A stretch of 12,217 bases of DNA from Synechococcus sp. (GTDB lineage: Bacteria; Cyanobacteriota; Cyanobacteriia; Thermostichales; PCC-7336): assembly GCA_051439605.1 (NCBI GenBank), contig JBFRWN010000006.1, positions 1-12,217 of the forward strand, read 5' to 3'. This document shows positions 1 through 8,367 of the stretch, in pieces; within the stretch, counting starts at the first letter, position 1, and each line of letters opens with the position of its first letter. The notes under the pieces are model-generated. The model did not search any database. It worked only from the letters and a program-made list of their open reading frames with translations, and was not told where the DNA came from. A program made the position numbers and the translations under genes.

Positions 1-2243
1 TCGCGATCGCTTTGGGTGAGCAAGCGGTGCGCTACTGGAAAGAGTTGATAACCCCGCTGTTCCCCCCGCAAAATGGCAACAGCTGTTTCCGTTGCTTCAA
101 ACCCAATCTGTACCCCTGCTTGGTCGATCACCGATTGCAGGGGGCTACTGTTATCGAGGAGCTTTCCGGCCGTGTGTTCGGACAGATCCAAGATGCCAAA
201 AACTGCCGTGCGATCTTGACGGCCTAAGGTTTCAACCGCCTTCACGGCCAAGTTAGTTGCGACGTTGGAGCCACCCCAGAGAATATCGATGGTGGAGTTT
301 TTCTCCAACATTGATACAACGAGATCGAGATCCGCTCTCAGATCGACATCGACAGAAGCCACCTCGGCCCAGTTCAGGCCAGTGGCATCCAGTGCCGCCA
401 TAAAGCCTTCAAAATAAGGGTAGTTGCGATCGTAAATCGCACTTTCTACCAAGCCAATATTGATGGTGTCGCGATCGGGGAAATGGGTTTCGATCCAGCC
501 GACCATGTGGGTACCGGAATCGTAGCCCATTTGAAAGCTGTTGGTGTTGTAGCAGGCAAACACCAATCCCGCCACATCCATATCGTCAAAGCAAAAATCC
601 ACCGTAATCGTCACCACACCAGCATCGTGTGCTTCCCGAATGGCCGGGATTGACCCAACGGGGTCTTCGGGTCGCAAGACGATCGCATCGATGGAATTCT
701 CGATCAGGGAACGAATTGCCTCTGCTTCGGCCTCCACACCAGTCCCCGACTGCACGCTCAACACCTCAACCTCGCGATTGGCCGCCCGTTGCATCCCTAA
801 TTCGTAGGCACTGAAAATAGCCTCTTCGGTAGAGCGAATCAGGCCCACCCGCAAGCGCCGCGGACGATCGCGGTGGATGCGGTTCGCCCAGTTTTCGCTC
901 ACCAGGGCTTGCATCCAGTCATGACCCCGCTGCAGCTGGTACTCCGACCAAAAACTCGCATCTCGCAAATCGGTTCCTGCCAAGAAAGCCTCGCGCAAAC
1001 TCGTCCCGTTGCGCAGGTCGGTAAACCGCATGGATGCCCCGGTTAAATTGACTTTGTAGAGATCGGCCCCTTGAAAATTAGAGCGATTGAAGTTGGCCCC
1101 AATCGCATTCGCACGGTAGAGATAGGCCTCACTGAAATCTGTCCACAACCCCGTGGTTCCGGACAGATTTGCCTCTGAAAAATCGGTGCTGCGGACAATC
1201 GCACCATTGAGTTTACTGTTGGCTAGATTGGCTTCAACCAGAGTGGCCCCTTCCAGAGTGGCCCCTTGCAAGTTTGATCCCTGTAAATTCGCCCCTTGTA
1301 AGTTCGCCCCTTGTAAATTCGCCCCTTGTAAATTCGCCCCCTGTAAATTTGACCCTTCCAGATTGGCCTCGACCAGTTGGGCTCCTGAGAGATCGGCCTC
1401 TTGCAAAGAGGCGCGAGAAATATCCATGCCGTGAAATTGCCGTACTTGTAGCGGCCATTGGGTTAAACTAGCCAGCCCGAGGGTCCAGCGACGGCATTGA
1501 GTTAAATCGATGCCGGACAGTTGCGCCTTTGATGCTTGCATGCCAGCATTATCGGCACACAAGACATTAAGGGTTTCTAGCGCCTCGATTCTGCCGTGGC
1601 TGTATTCAATATCCCTTTGTTCGGCGATTGTCTTGCGAGACTCTTGAATGGCCCGTTGCCGACGAAAGGGTAGTGCATAGAGGTAAGACACGAGGGCAAA
1701 CAAAAAGGCAGCTTCCCCCAATACAGTGGCCAGCTTGACGATTGAAACTGTTTCCAGCCAGGCTACAAAATCAGCCACCTTGGCATCTAGCAACGATACC
1801 GGTGCCAGCAGAATTTGCTTGATGCGATGCGATTCCGGCGGGTTCGAGTGGCGGTAAGCCTGGAAAATCCGCAGGTAAGTTGCGCGGGACAGCTCTAAGG
1901 TCTCAATCTCTTTGGCAATGGCTCGTTCCCGCCCGTCCCACCCTGCGATCGCCCGTACGTGCTCGAAGCTTGTTTCTAAGAAACGTTCACCTGCACCTTC
2001 ACCGGCATCACGATCGTCAGCAGCATTCATAAATCGGGTCAGCAACGACTCGAAGTCGGCAAACGGCAAGTTCAGCCGATCGGCAAGTGCCTTGGCAGTG
2101 GCCTGCCGCTGGTCGTCATCCACAATGCTGCTGGTGCGATGGAGACACCGCACCAATTGCAACCACCAGTCACTCTCCACTGCTGCTGCGCCAGAATCAT
2201 CGGTAGCAGCTACGTTGTCGGTATTATTGGTTTCTCCAGTCAT
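1..2243 (-). CDS. Membrane-anchored pentapeptide-repeat / sugar-type solute-binding-domain fusion protein (partial, runs off window start; >747 aa)
   Basis: Not in the ORF track because it has no stop in the window. Manual translation from ATG (cat at 2241-2243) is open to base 3: MTGETNNTDNVAATDDSG...; hydrophobic stretch VKLATVLGEAAFLFALVSYLYALPF (~1665-1740); pentapeptide repeats ASLQE-ADLSG-AQLVE-ANLEG-SNLQG-(ANLQG)x4... (~950-1427); C-terminal RbsB/Peripla_BP_4-like region (LRVGLIRS...EAEAIRSLIENSIDAIVLRPEDPVGSIPAIREAHDAGVVTITVD...QSVIDQAGVQIGFEATETAVAILRGE, ~1-860). Confidence 0.9.
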   Translation of the reverse strand, partial: MTGETNNTDNVAATDDSGAAAVESDWWLQLVRCLHRTSSIVDDDQRQATAKALADRLNLPFADFESLLTRFMNAADDRDAGEGAGERFLETSFEHVRAIAGWDGRERAIAKEIETLELSRATYLRIFQAYRHSNPPESHRIKQILLAPVSLLDAKVADFVAWLETVSIVKLATVLGEAAFLFALVSYLYALPFRRQRAIQESRKTIAEQRDIEYSHGRIEALETLNVLCADNAGMQASKAQLSGIDLTQCRRWTLGLASLTQWPLQVRQFHGMDISRASLQEADLSGAQLVEANLEGSNLQGANLQGANLQGANLQGANLQGSNLQGATLEGATLVEANLANSKLNGAIVRSTDFSEANLSGTTGLWTDFSEAYLYRANAIGANFNRSNFQGADLYKVNLTGASMRFTDLRNGTSLREAFLAGTDLRDASFWSEYQLQRGHDWMQALVSENWANRIHRDRPRRLRVGLIRSTEEAIFSAYELGMQRAANREVEVLSVQSGTGVEAEAEAIRSLIENSIDAIVLRPEDPVGSIPAIREAHDAGVVTITVDFCFDDMDVAGLVFACYNTNSFQMGYDSGTHMVGWIETHFPDRDTINIGLVESAIYDRNYPYFEGFMAALDATGLNWAEVASVDVDLRADLDLVVSMLEKNSTIDILWGGSNVATNLAVKAVETLGRQDRTAVFGILDLSEHTAGKLLDNSSPLQSVIDQAGVQIGFEATETAVAILRGEQRGYQLFPVAHRLLTQSDR
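1237..1356. repeat. 15-bp tandem repeat encoding pentapeptide repeats
   Basis: Eight 15-nt units. The core 1282-1341 has four near-identical copies of TGTAAATTCGCCCCT, and 1237-1266 has two copies of (A/T)CCAGAGTGGCCCCT. They encode ANLQG/ATLEG-type pentads on the minus strand. Confidence 0.95.
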
Positions 2244-2357
2244 AGTGTGCTGACCGAATGTTAGGGACCGATATCCCCCTCGAAAGAACGATTCGGATCG
2301 ATATCAACTTTGTTTAAACATCAATGCCTCGGAGGTCGCAATTCAACTTAATGCTAG

Positions 2358-3650
2358 TCATGAGGATTCGACTTCAGCGATCCCCAGCATCGTTTGCAAG
2401 GCGGCGCGATCGAGCTCCCGATACCCAGAAGGGGATAAATAGGTGACTACCACCAGATCCGATCCCTGATTCCCGTCATCCGTAAAGTCGATCTCGATCC
2501 CGCCCAAATCAAATTTGGAGGTTCTCACCTGTTGCACGAATGCATCTCGGGTTAGCTCCCCTTCGATATTGTCGAGAATTTTAAGGGTCATTTTGCCGAC
2601 GATATACCCCTCCAATTCCACAAAGCCGAGGCGATCGCCCAATATCTCGCGCGCTTCGTTCACTATCGGCAAATTGGCGTCCAAGAGGGGAACTACCTGA
2701 GTCATGACAATCTTTTCGGCTACACCGTATTCCTCGAGATCGAACTGAAAATCATCTGCGCCGGTAAACGAGACAGCTGAGATAATCCAGTCCTCCCCCT
2801 GTTCTTGTGCTTGTTTGGCAAATCGAGCGATATTTCCGTAGGTTCCGGCTGTGACCACCAACTTGCAAGCGTTGCCGGTTTCGCGCTCCCAGGATTTCAG
2901 CGAATAGTAGCCGTCCTCGACAATTGGAGTATTGCGGGTATAGACCCCTACAGGGCCGATATTGTTGCGATCGGGGCTATCTCCCTCCATTTGGATGATG
3001 CGGTCGTAAAGTTGCAGAGTTTCTGGTGCGAGCTGTGTGTTCTCCAGCGATCTTCGGACTCCGGTGAGACCAGCCATACCGTAGCTATCATTTTGTACGT
3101 AGGCACAAACCTGATTGGGCAAGAGTCCCGCATCCAGACCCATCTCGATTGTCGCGGCGATTTCCTGCGTGTAGCTGGCCCGATAATTCACGATCGGAGC
3201 GTCGCTGTCGCGCAAGAACTCGGCCCCGGTAAAGAAGCCGACCGCCGGAATTTCCTGTTCTGTCAGCAGGGGCAACGTGACTTTAGCCGTCGGGGTACCC
3301 ACATTGCCAATGGCCAAAAAGATATCGTCATCGACGATCTCGCGAGTTGCTTGGAGGGCTGTGGGCGGTTCGTAATAATCGTTGACAAACATCAGATCGA
3401 TGGAGCGACCGCGAACGCTTGCCCCGTCAAAGGCAGCTTGCAAACCCGCCTTCATGCCGTTGCCCAATCCCTCCGCATACCCCTGCAATGCCAAAACGGA
3501 GCCGAACCGGATGGTATCTCGGGTTAATCCTGCGGTCGTGGGGGAGGATGCCCGACAGGCTGAAAGGCCCCATATAGAAAGGACTAACAGAACTCCACCA
3601 ACTCTCGGGAAATGCCTCGAAAACATGACTCGTACGAACAAAGGGAGCAT
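2358..3650 (-). CDS. ABC-type ligand-binding lipoprotein (type I PBP, LivJ/Peripla_BP_6-like)
   Basis: 430-aa ORF with signal peptide and lipobox (LLVLSIWGLSA-C). Family motifs IRFGSVLALQG, NDYYEP, IGNVGTPT, GFFTGA, NYRASY, QNDSYG, VSFTG, EGYIVG. The true start may be the ATG at 3626 (MFSRHF...). Confidence 0.85.
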   Translation of the reverse strand: MLPLFVRVMFSRHFPRVGGVLLVLSIWGLSACRASSPTTAGLTRDTIRFGSVLALQGYAEGLGNGMKAGLQAAFDGASVRGRSIDLMFVNDYYEPPTALQATREIVDDDIFLAIGNVGTPTAKVTLPLLTEQEIPAVGFFTGAEFLRDSDAPIVNYRASYTQEIAATIEMGLDAGLLPNQVCAYVQNDSYGMAGLTGVRRSLENTQLAPETLQLYDRIIQMEGDSPDRNNIGPVGVYTRNTPIVEDGYYSLKSWERETGNACKLVVTAGTYGNIARFAKQAQEQGEDWIISAVSFTGADDFQFDLEEYGVAEKIVMTQVVPLLDANLPIVNEAREILGDRLGFVELEGYIVGKMTLKILDNIEGELTRDAFVQQVRTSKFDLGGIEIDFTDDGNQGSDLVVVTYLSPSGYRELDRAALQTMLGIAEVESS

Positions 3651-4017
3651 AAGAACACTGTCCGATTAAGCAGAGCGGATACCACACTGCTCCAATCCGT
3701 TGATGCCAAAAGGCAGACACATAGATTTAGACCAAAGTCTAATAACCTGCAGGGGAGTAAGTTCCCTACTCTACAGGACGATGGTACGAGCTTTCAGCTT
3801 TTACCATCGTTGATGTGAAAAACCTTAGCAGAACTTCCCTAGCTAGAGCCTCATTGCATTCACTCAACCTCGAATCGCTCTATCTATAAGCTGCATCCGA
3901 GGGTGGCTTGCCACAATAAGCCGAGGCTAGCCTTCCTAAAGTTCAATGTCCCAATGCTTTCAAATTGCCTGTTGAGATCCGTATCCCATCTGAGTTTCGC
4001 TTGAAGGGTAGCTGTTT

Positions 4018-5727
4018 ATGGCGCTTGATTACTTTGCCCCTGGGGTTTACGTCGAAGAGGTCGATCGCGGCAGTCGTCCGATTGAAGGGGTCAGCTTGAG
4101 TGTGGCTGGCTTCATTGGGTTTACCGAAGACATTCGTGGCGATGCCGAACTCTTCAAACCCGTGATGATTACCAACTGGAGCCAGTATCTGGAATACTTC
4201 TCCAAACCGGGATCGGATGGGTTCACCGATTTCGACGCCTATTTACCCTTTGCGGTACAGGGGTGGTTCGACAATGGTGGCGGTCGCTGCTGGGTAGTCA
4301 GCATCGGTACCCGATTGCCGGGCTCCGAACCCCCACCCCCCGAGCAGACGGGAACGAAATTACTAGCAGCTAGCGGTCGGCCCAGCCTGCGCATTGACCT
4401 GCAATCTTCCGATGACGTCGATACGACTGCTTTGCCCGCTTCTACCGAACGCATCACCGTCGTGGTCACCGATAGTACGCCGAAACCGTTGCCCGAGGAT
4501 GCAGGGGAAGATGAAGAGCCACCCCTCGACACCGGCGAATATTTTAGTATCACTATCAAGCGGGGGGACGAAACTCTGGCAGCATACGATCATCTAACGA
4601 TGAATTCAGATGCTGAGGAGGAGATAGCTGATTATGCTGTCACGGCACTGGCTGAAGATGAGTATGTTGCCATTACCAACCTGACTGAGAGCGGCCAACC
4701 TCTCTCTCGAAGGCCGGCCAACGGTCTGTACGAAGTGGCTCCACCCCCGTATATTTCTCCCCTCGATCGCCTGTCTCGTGACTTACAGGGGGTGCGCGAC
4801 GACCGCAAGGGATTGCAGGGGCTGTTCGAAATCGATGAAGTTGCTACCATCGCCTGCCCCGACCTGATGCGAGCCTACCAGTTAGGTTTGATTGTTCTCG
4901 ATCAGGTCCATGCAATCATGGAGATGATGGTCAGCCTGTGCGAAAATTCATTCCCTGGACCGCCCTATCGCATGGCCGTCCTCGATTCGCCGCCGGTCAA
5001 GATGGGCAAACATGAGAACCAAGCCGTGCCGCCGGAACAGCAGAAGCCCCAGCACGTTGCCGAATGGTTGGGTGCCTTTAACCGCCGGTCGATGTTTGGT
5101 GCCCTGTACTATCCCTGGATTAAAGTTGCGAATCCCCGTAATGGCGGAAAGCCTATTTTGGTGCCCCCTTGCGGCCATATGATGGGGATTTGGTGTCGCA
5201 CCGATCAAAACCGCGGCGTTTTCAAAGCACCGGCCAACGAAACCCCTCGCGGAGTCCTTGGGTTGGCCTACGAAACCAATATGCGAGAGCAGGAACTGTT
5301 GAATCCTTTGGGCATCAACTGTATCCGCAACTTTGGTAGCTACAACCGCGGCTACAAAGTGTGGGGGGCTCGGACCCTGGTGGAGCCAGATAACGTTCAG
5401 TGGCGCTATATCAGCGTTCGCCGACTACTCAGCTACATCGAAAAGTCGATTGAGATCGGCACCCAGTGGGTGGTGTTCGAGCCCAACGACCAAGATCTGT
5501 GGGCCAGGGTTACCCGCACCGTCAGTAACTTCCTAGAGCGTCTGTGGAGAGAGGGAGCTCTATTTGGAGGTTCCCCGGCTGAAGCCTTCTACGTTAAGTG
5601 CGATGGCGAGTTGAACACTAACGACACCATCATGTTGGGTCGGTTGTACGTCGAAGTTGGCGTCTGCCCGGTAAGGCCGGCAGAATTCGTTATCTTCCGC
5701 ATCAGTCAGTGGGCTCCCAACCAATAA
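4018..5727 (+). CDS. Contractile tail sheath protein (eCIS Afp2/3/4-like, phage tail sheath family)
   Basis: N-terminal APGVYVEEV; YYPWIKV; PPCGHMMGIWCRTD...GVFKAPAN; LNPLGINCIR; VWGARTL; WRYISVRR; WVVFEPND..LW; PVRPAEFVIFRISQ. All are hallmark sheath motifs. Confidence 0.97.
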   Translation: MALDYFAPGVYVEEVDRGSRPIEGVSLSVAGFIGFTEDIRGDAELFKPVMITNWSQYLEYFSKPGSDGFTDFDAYLPFAVQGWFDNGGGRCWVVSIGTRLPGSEPPPPEQTGTKLLAASGRPSLRIDLQSSDDVDTTALPASTERITVVVTDSTPKPLPEDAGEDEEPPLDTGEYFSITIKRGDETLAAYDHLTMNSDAEEEIADYAVTALAEDEYVAITNLTESGQPLSRRPANGLYEVAPPPYISPLDRLSRDLQGVRDDRKGLQGLFEIDEVATIACPDLMRAYQLGLIVLDQVHAIMEMMVSLCENSFPGPPYRMAVLDSPPVKMGKHENQAVPPEQQKPQHVAEWLGAFNRRSMFGALYYPWIKVANPRNGGKPILVPPCGHMMGIWCRTDQNRGVFKAPANETPRGVLGLAYETNMREQELLNPLGINCIRNFGSYNRGYKVWGARTLVEPDNVQWRYISVRRLLSYIEKSIEIGTQWVVFEPNDQDLWARVTRTVSNFLERLWREGALFGGSPAEAFYVKCDGELNTNDTIMLGRLYVEVGVCPVRPAEFVIFRISQWAPNQ

Positions 5728-5740
5728 TGTTGTTGAGTTG

Positions 5741-5783
5741 TGAGGCCTGCAAGCAGGCCTCAATCGAGGTTTAACACCCTCGA
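5741..5783 (+). promoter_or_regulatory. Twin stem-loops between sheath and first tube gene (no U-tract; candidate RNA processing/stability element)
   Basis: Perfect 10-bp inverted repeat TGAGGCCTGC-AA-GCAGGCCTCA (5741-5762), followed directly by TCGAGG...CCTCGA (5764-5783). The structure is seen; the function is inferred. Confidence 0.5.
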
Positions 5784-5831
5784 AGCCTAGATCCCCCAGC
5801 TGTACTCGCATGCCTGCAAGGAGGGCCTGTC

Positions 5832-6329
5832 ATGCCAGAACTTACCAAGCCGATTGCACCAAGTAGTTTTTATTTGGAAATTGCTGGTGTTGCTGAAGCG
5901 GAAAAGTCTGTTTTCAAAAGTGTGAGCATTCCCGATTACCAGCCCAAAGTACAGGGGGGAAGTGAGGCGATTGGTACCACTAAAGGGGGAAAAACGATTT
6001 GGCAGGTAAACTCTGCCGGTTTTGAAGGATTATTTACGTTTGACTGTGTCACTATTGCCAGCGGCGATAGCGATAGCACCAGCATGTCAATGTACAACTG
6101 GTTCAAAACCTGTCTGCCTTCTTCCAACGGGGGTGATGGTAAATGGGATGGTGCCAAGAAAGAGGGCAGCATTACTGCCTACGATACTGATGGAAATGAG
6201 GTAGCCAAGTGGCAGTTTGCCGAAGCATGGCCATCGAAATACAAGTGTGGCGATCTCGATGTGACCTCCGATAGCTACATCGAAGAAACGTTCACGATTA
6301 CCTGCGAAAAGTTCAACCGAACCAAGTAA
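5832..6329 (+). CDS. Tail tube protein 1 (T4 gp19-like / Afp1-5 family)
   Basis: 165 aa, SD AAGGAGG at 5818-5824. Motifs SSFYLEIAG, MYNWF, KKEGSITAYD, WQFAEAWPSKY, DLDVTS, EETFTITCE. Directly follows the sheath gene. Confidence 0.9.
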   Translation: MPELTKPIAPSSFYLEIAGVAEAEKSVFKSVSIPDYQPKVQGGSEAIGTTKGGKTIWQVNSAGFEGLFTFDCVTIASGDSDSTSMSMYNWFKTCLPSSNGGDGKWDGAKKEGSITAYDTDGNEVAKWQFAEAWPSKYKCGDLDVTSDSYIEETFTITCEKFNRTK

Positions 6330-6454
6330 GTCCGAGGTCGTTCGGGCAAGGCTAGTTTTGTAGCACCCCAAACAAGCAAGCTAACCTATCGCATCTGACG
6401 TCAAGAGAATTCGTTGCAGTACAACCGTAAGCCAAGCGGAAAAGGGTAATTACG

Positions 6455-6937
6455 ATGGTTCAGTACCTAACTAATTCCAAATTTTATTTTGAAATTGACG
6501 GTGTTACAGCCTTGTCCCTCAAGACCATCAACGGCCCCGAAATCGAAATGGATGTTGCTGGAGGCGATTCGGCCATTGGTGTCAGCAAAGATGCCAAAAC
6601 TCAAACGCAGGCTACGATTGGGGGGGTAAAGTACAACAGCACCATGACCCTGACTTATGTCGCGGGCAACGAAGGGGAGCAAGCAAAACTCTCGAAGTGG
6701 TACGACGATTGCCACCCCGATACATTTTCTGGGGGGTCCTCCAAAGCGATGGATAGCCGCAAAACCGGCTCGCTGGTGGTTTACGATCCAAACGGTAAAG
6801 AGGCCATGCGATTTAACTTCACCGATTTGTTTCCGGGGAGCAAAAAGCAAATCAGTTCTCTCGATGTTTCCAGCGGGGGCCAGTTGGGGGAAGATTCCAT
6901 TGAGCTGTACTTCACTCAGGTAGTTCGTAAGGTTTAG
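6455..6937 (+). CDS. Tail tube protein 2 (divergent gp19-like paralogue)
   Basis: 160 aa, colinear with tube 1: SKFYFEIDG, GGDSAIGVSK, LSKWYDDC, RKTGSLVVYD, RFNFTDLFP (AWP motif altered), SLDVSS, EDSIEL. Confidence 0.85.
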   Translation: MVQYLTNSKFYFEIDGVTALSLKTINGPEIEMDVAGGDSAIGVSKDAKTQTQATIGGVKYNSTMTLTYVAGNEGEQAKLSKWYDDCHPDTFSGGSSKAMDSRKTGSLVVYDPNGKEAMRFNFTDLFPGSKKQISSLDVSSGGQLGEDSIELYFTQVVRKV

Positions 6938-6990
6938 AGAGATTAGGTCCCTTTCCCGCTTCGATCGCCACTGCTGGAGATTTTCGCGCC

Positions 6991-7479
6991 GTGCCGAACT
7001 TTCCCGAGATTCTCACCACGTCCCGCTTCTATTTGGAACTCAAGTTGGACGGCAGTACCGACTCTGTCGATGGTGTATTCAAGGAATGCAGCGGTTTTCA
7101 GCGCTCTCAAGAGGCGATCGAGATTTGTGAAGTGACTCCTCAACTGTGGGGTAAGAGGGGCAAAACACCGGGACGCATGGTTCGGACTAAAATTCCCGGT
7201 AATGCCTCCGTGAGTAACATCACGTTAAAACGAGGTTTGACCATCTCTTCAACCTTGTGGAACTGGATGCAAGCGGTGGAGGAGGGAGACTGGGCCGAGC
7301 AGAGGCGAGATGGGGCAGTGGTTGTCTACGATCAATCTTCTAAAGAGCGATTCCGGTTTGAATTCGAGCGAGCTTGGCCGGTGAACTACTCAATTTCCGA
7401 CTTAGACGTGACCAGCGGCGATCACAATATCGAACAGTTAGAGATTGCGGTCGAGAACCTGAAGCGTGTTGAGGCCTGA
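6991..7479 (+). CDS. Tail tube protein 3 (gp19-like; possibly Afp5-type tube initiator)
   Basis: 162 aa, GTG start with GGAG upstream. Motifs RFYLELKLDG, FKECSG, TKIPG, NITLKRG, LWNWM, RRDGAVVVYD, FERAWP, IEQLEIAVE. Confidence 0.92.
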   Translation: MPNFPEILTTSRFYLELKLDGSTDSVDGVFKECSGFQRSQEAIEICEVTPQLWGKRGKTPGRMVRTKIPGNASVSNITLKRGLTISSTLWNWMQAVEEGDWAEQRRDGAVVVYDQSSKERFRFEFERAWPVNYSISDLDVTSGDHNIEQLEIAVENLKRVEA

Positions 7480-7484
7480 TAGCA

Positions 7485-7931
7485 GTGATCGACCTGAGCA
7501 ACCAACTGAATCTGGACCCGATCGCTAAACCGGCAAACACCGTTCCCGCTGTCCACGACGTATCGGCTTTGCCTATCAGGGGGGAGTCTCAAGCTCCGTT
7601 TCAAACGACGTTCGAGTTCAAGTTGCCCAAGGGGTATTTAGATGGAGAGGGTAACCTGCACCGCAGCGGTGTCATGCAATTGGCAAAGGCGATCGACGAA
7701 ATTGTGCCGATGCGCGATCCGCGGGTGAAGTCCAACCCGGCATACGCGACGGTGATTATTCTGTCGCGGGTGATTCTGCAATTGGGAGCGTTGGAAGAAA
7801 TTTCGCCTGTGGTGGTAGAGGGGATGTTTGCCTGCGATTTAGATTACTTGCAAAAGTTTTACCGTCACATCAACGAACTGGAAGATGAGGGGGATCGGCC
7901 TCAAGCACCGGCTCCAGATGCGGTGTCTTAA
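7485..7931 (+). CDS. Putative tail assembly chaperone, copy 1 (no C-terminal CxxC)
   Basis: Motif TFEFKLPKGYLD.EG.LHR.G.M.LA.A.DEI...DPRV..NPAY...ILSRVI..LG, typical of the small gene that follows the tube genes in actinobacterial/cyanobacterial eCIS loci. The position matches phage tail assembly chaperones; the chaperone function is inferred. Confidence 0.75.
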   Translation: MIDLSNQLNLDPIAKPANTVPAVHDVSALPIRGESQAPFQTTFEFKLPKGYLDGEGNLHRSGVMQLAKAIDEIVPMRDPRVKSNPAYATVIILSRVILQLGALEEISPVVVEGMFACDLDYLQKFYRHINELEDEGDRPQAPAPDAVS

Positions 7932-7971
7932 ACTCAAGCATGTCTAGCCAGCCCTCCGATCGCAACTACCT

Positions 7972-8367
7972 ATGACCTCAGGCAACCCAGCATTGACCGA
8001 CTTGCCCATTACGGAATTTGAGTTTGTCCTCCCTCGGGGCTTGTTGGATGACGAGGGGATGATTCATCGGCAGGGGGCGATGCGACTGGCTACGGCGGGT
8101 GATGAGTTGGCCATGCTGAAGGATCGGCGTGTTGGTGACGAACCGGCTTACGGATCGCTGATTTTGCTGGCCAGGACAATCGTGCGCTTGGGGCAATTTT
8201 CTGCTGTGACGCCGGAGTTGTTAGAGAATTTGTTTACTCAGGATTTAGCCTATTTGCGCGAGGTCTACAATCGCATCAACCAACAGGGGAGTTTGCACGT
8301 GCCGACGGAATGTCCCCAATGCAAACATGCATATGGCATCGATTTAGCACTGGCGGGGGAGTCGTAG
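7972..8367 (+). CDS. Putative tail assembly chaperone, copy 2 (gpG-like; CxxC, ends LAGES*)
   Basis: 131 aa; 42/93 identical residues to copy 1 in an ungapped manual alignment; C-terminal ECPQCKHAYGIDLALAGES. Confidence 0.8.
   Translation: MTSGNPALTDLPITEFEFVLPRGLLDDEGMIHRQGAMRLATAGDELAMLKDRRVGDEPAYGSLILLARTIVRLGQFSAVTPELLENLFTQDLAYLREVYNRINQQGSLHVPTECPQCKHAYGIDLALAGES

Noticed and set aside
1237..1356. Possible CRISPR array
   Set aside because: The units are contiguous 15-mers with no spacers and are in frame within a pentapeptide-repeat gene.
12..2253. Track ORFs 12..227, 629..814, 1153..1434 (CKFAP repeats), 1234..1458, 1274..1471, 1912..2253
   Set aside because: Antisense or off-frame shadows of the long minus-strand gene 1..2243. 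Their repeats are just the 15-bp unit read in other frames.
2515..3818. Overlapping ORFs including 2805..3527 (+, 240 aa)
   Set aside because: They overlap the well-supported solute-binding protein gene and show no recognisable motifs.
3651..4017. Sigma70-type promoters for the divergent genes
   Set aside because: Candidate hexamers (e.g. TTGCCA at 3908, TAAAGT at 3937) do not have acceptable spacing, so none can be supported.
7889..7895. Second G_GGG_GAT run near the end of chaperone copy 1 as a frameshift site
   Set aside because: The -1 frame stops at 7973-7975 and the other frame stops before reaching copy 2, so no fusion results. No comparable downstream hairpin was seen.
8310..8357. 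ATG 8310/8319 as the start of the DUF6760-like gene
   Set aside because: It would need a 58-nt overlap with the upstream gene and adds a leader (MSPMQTCIWHRFSTGG) that looks like the off-frame reading of the CxxC region. Disfavoured but not formally excluded.
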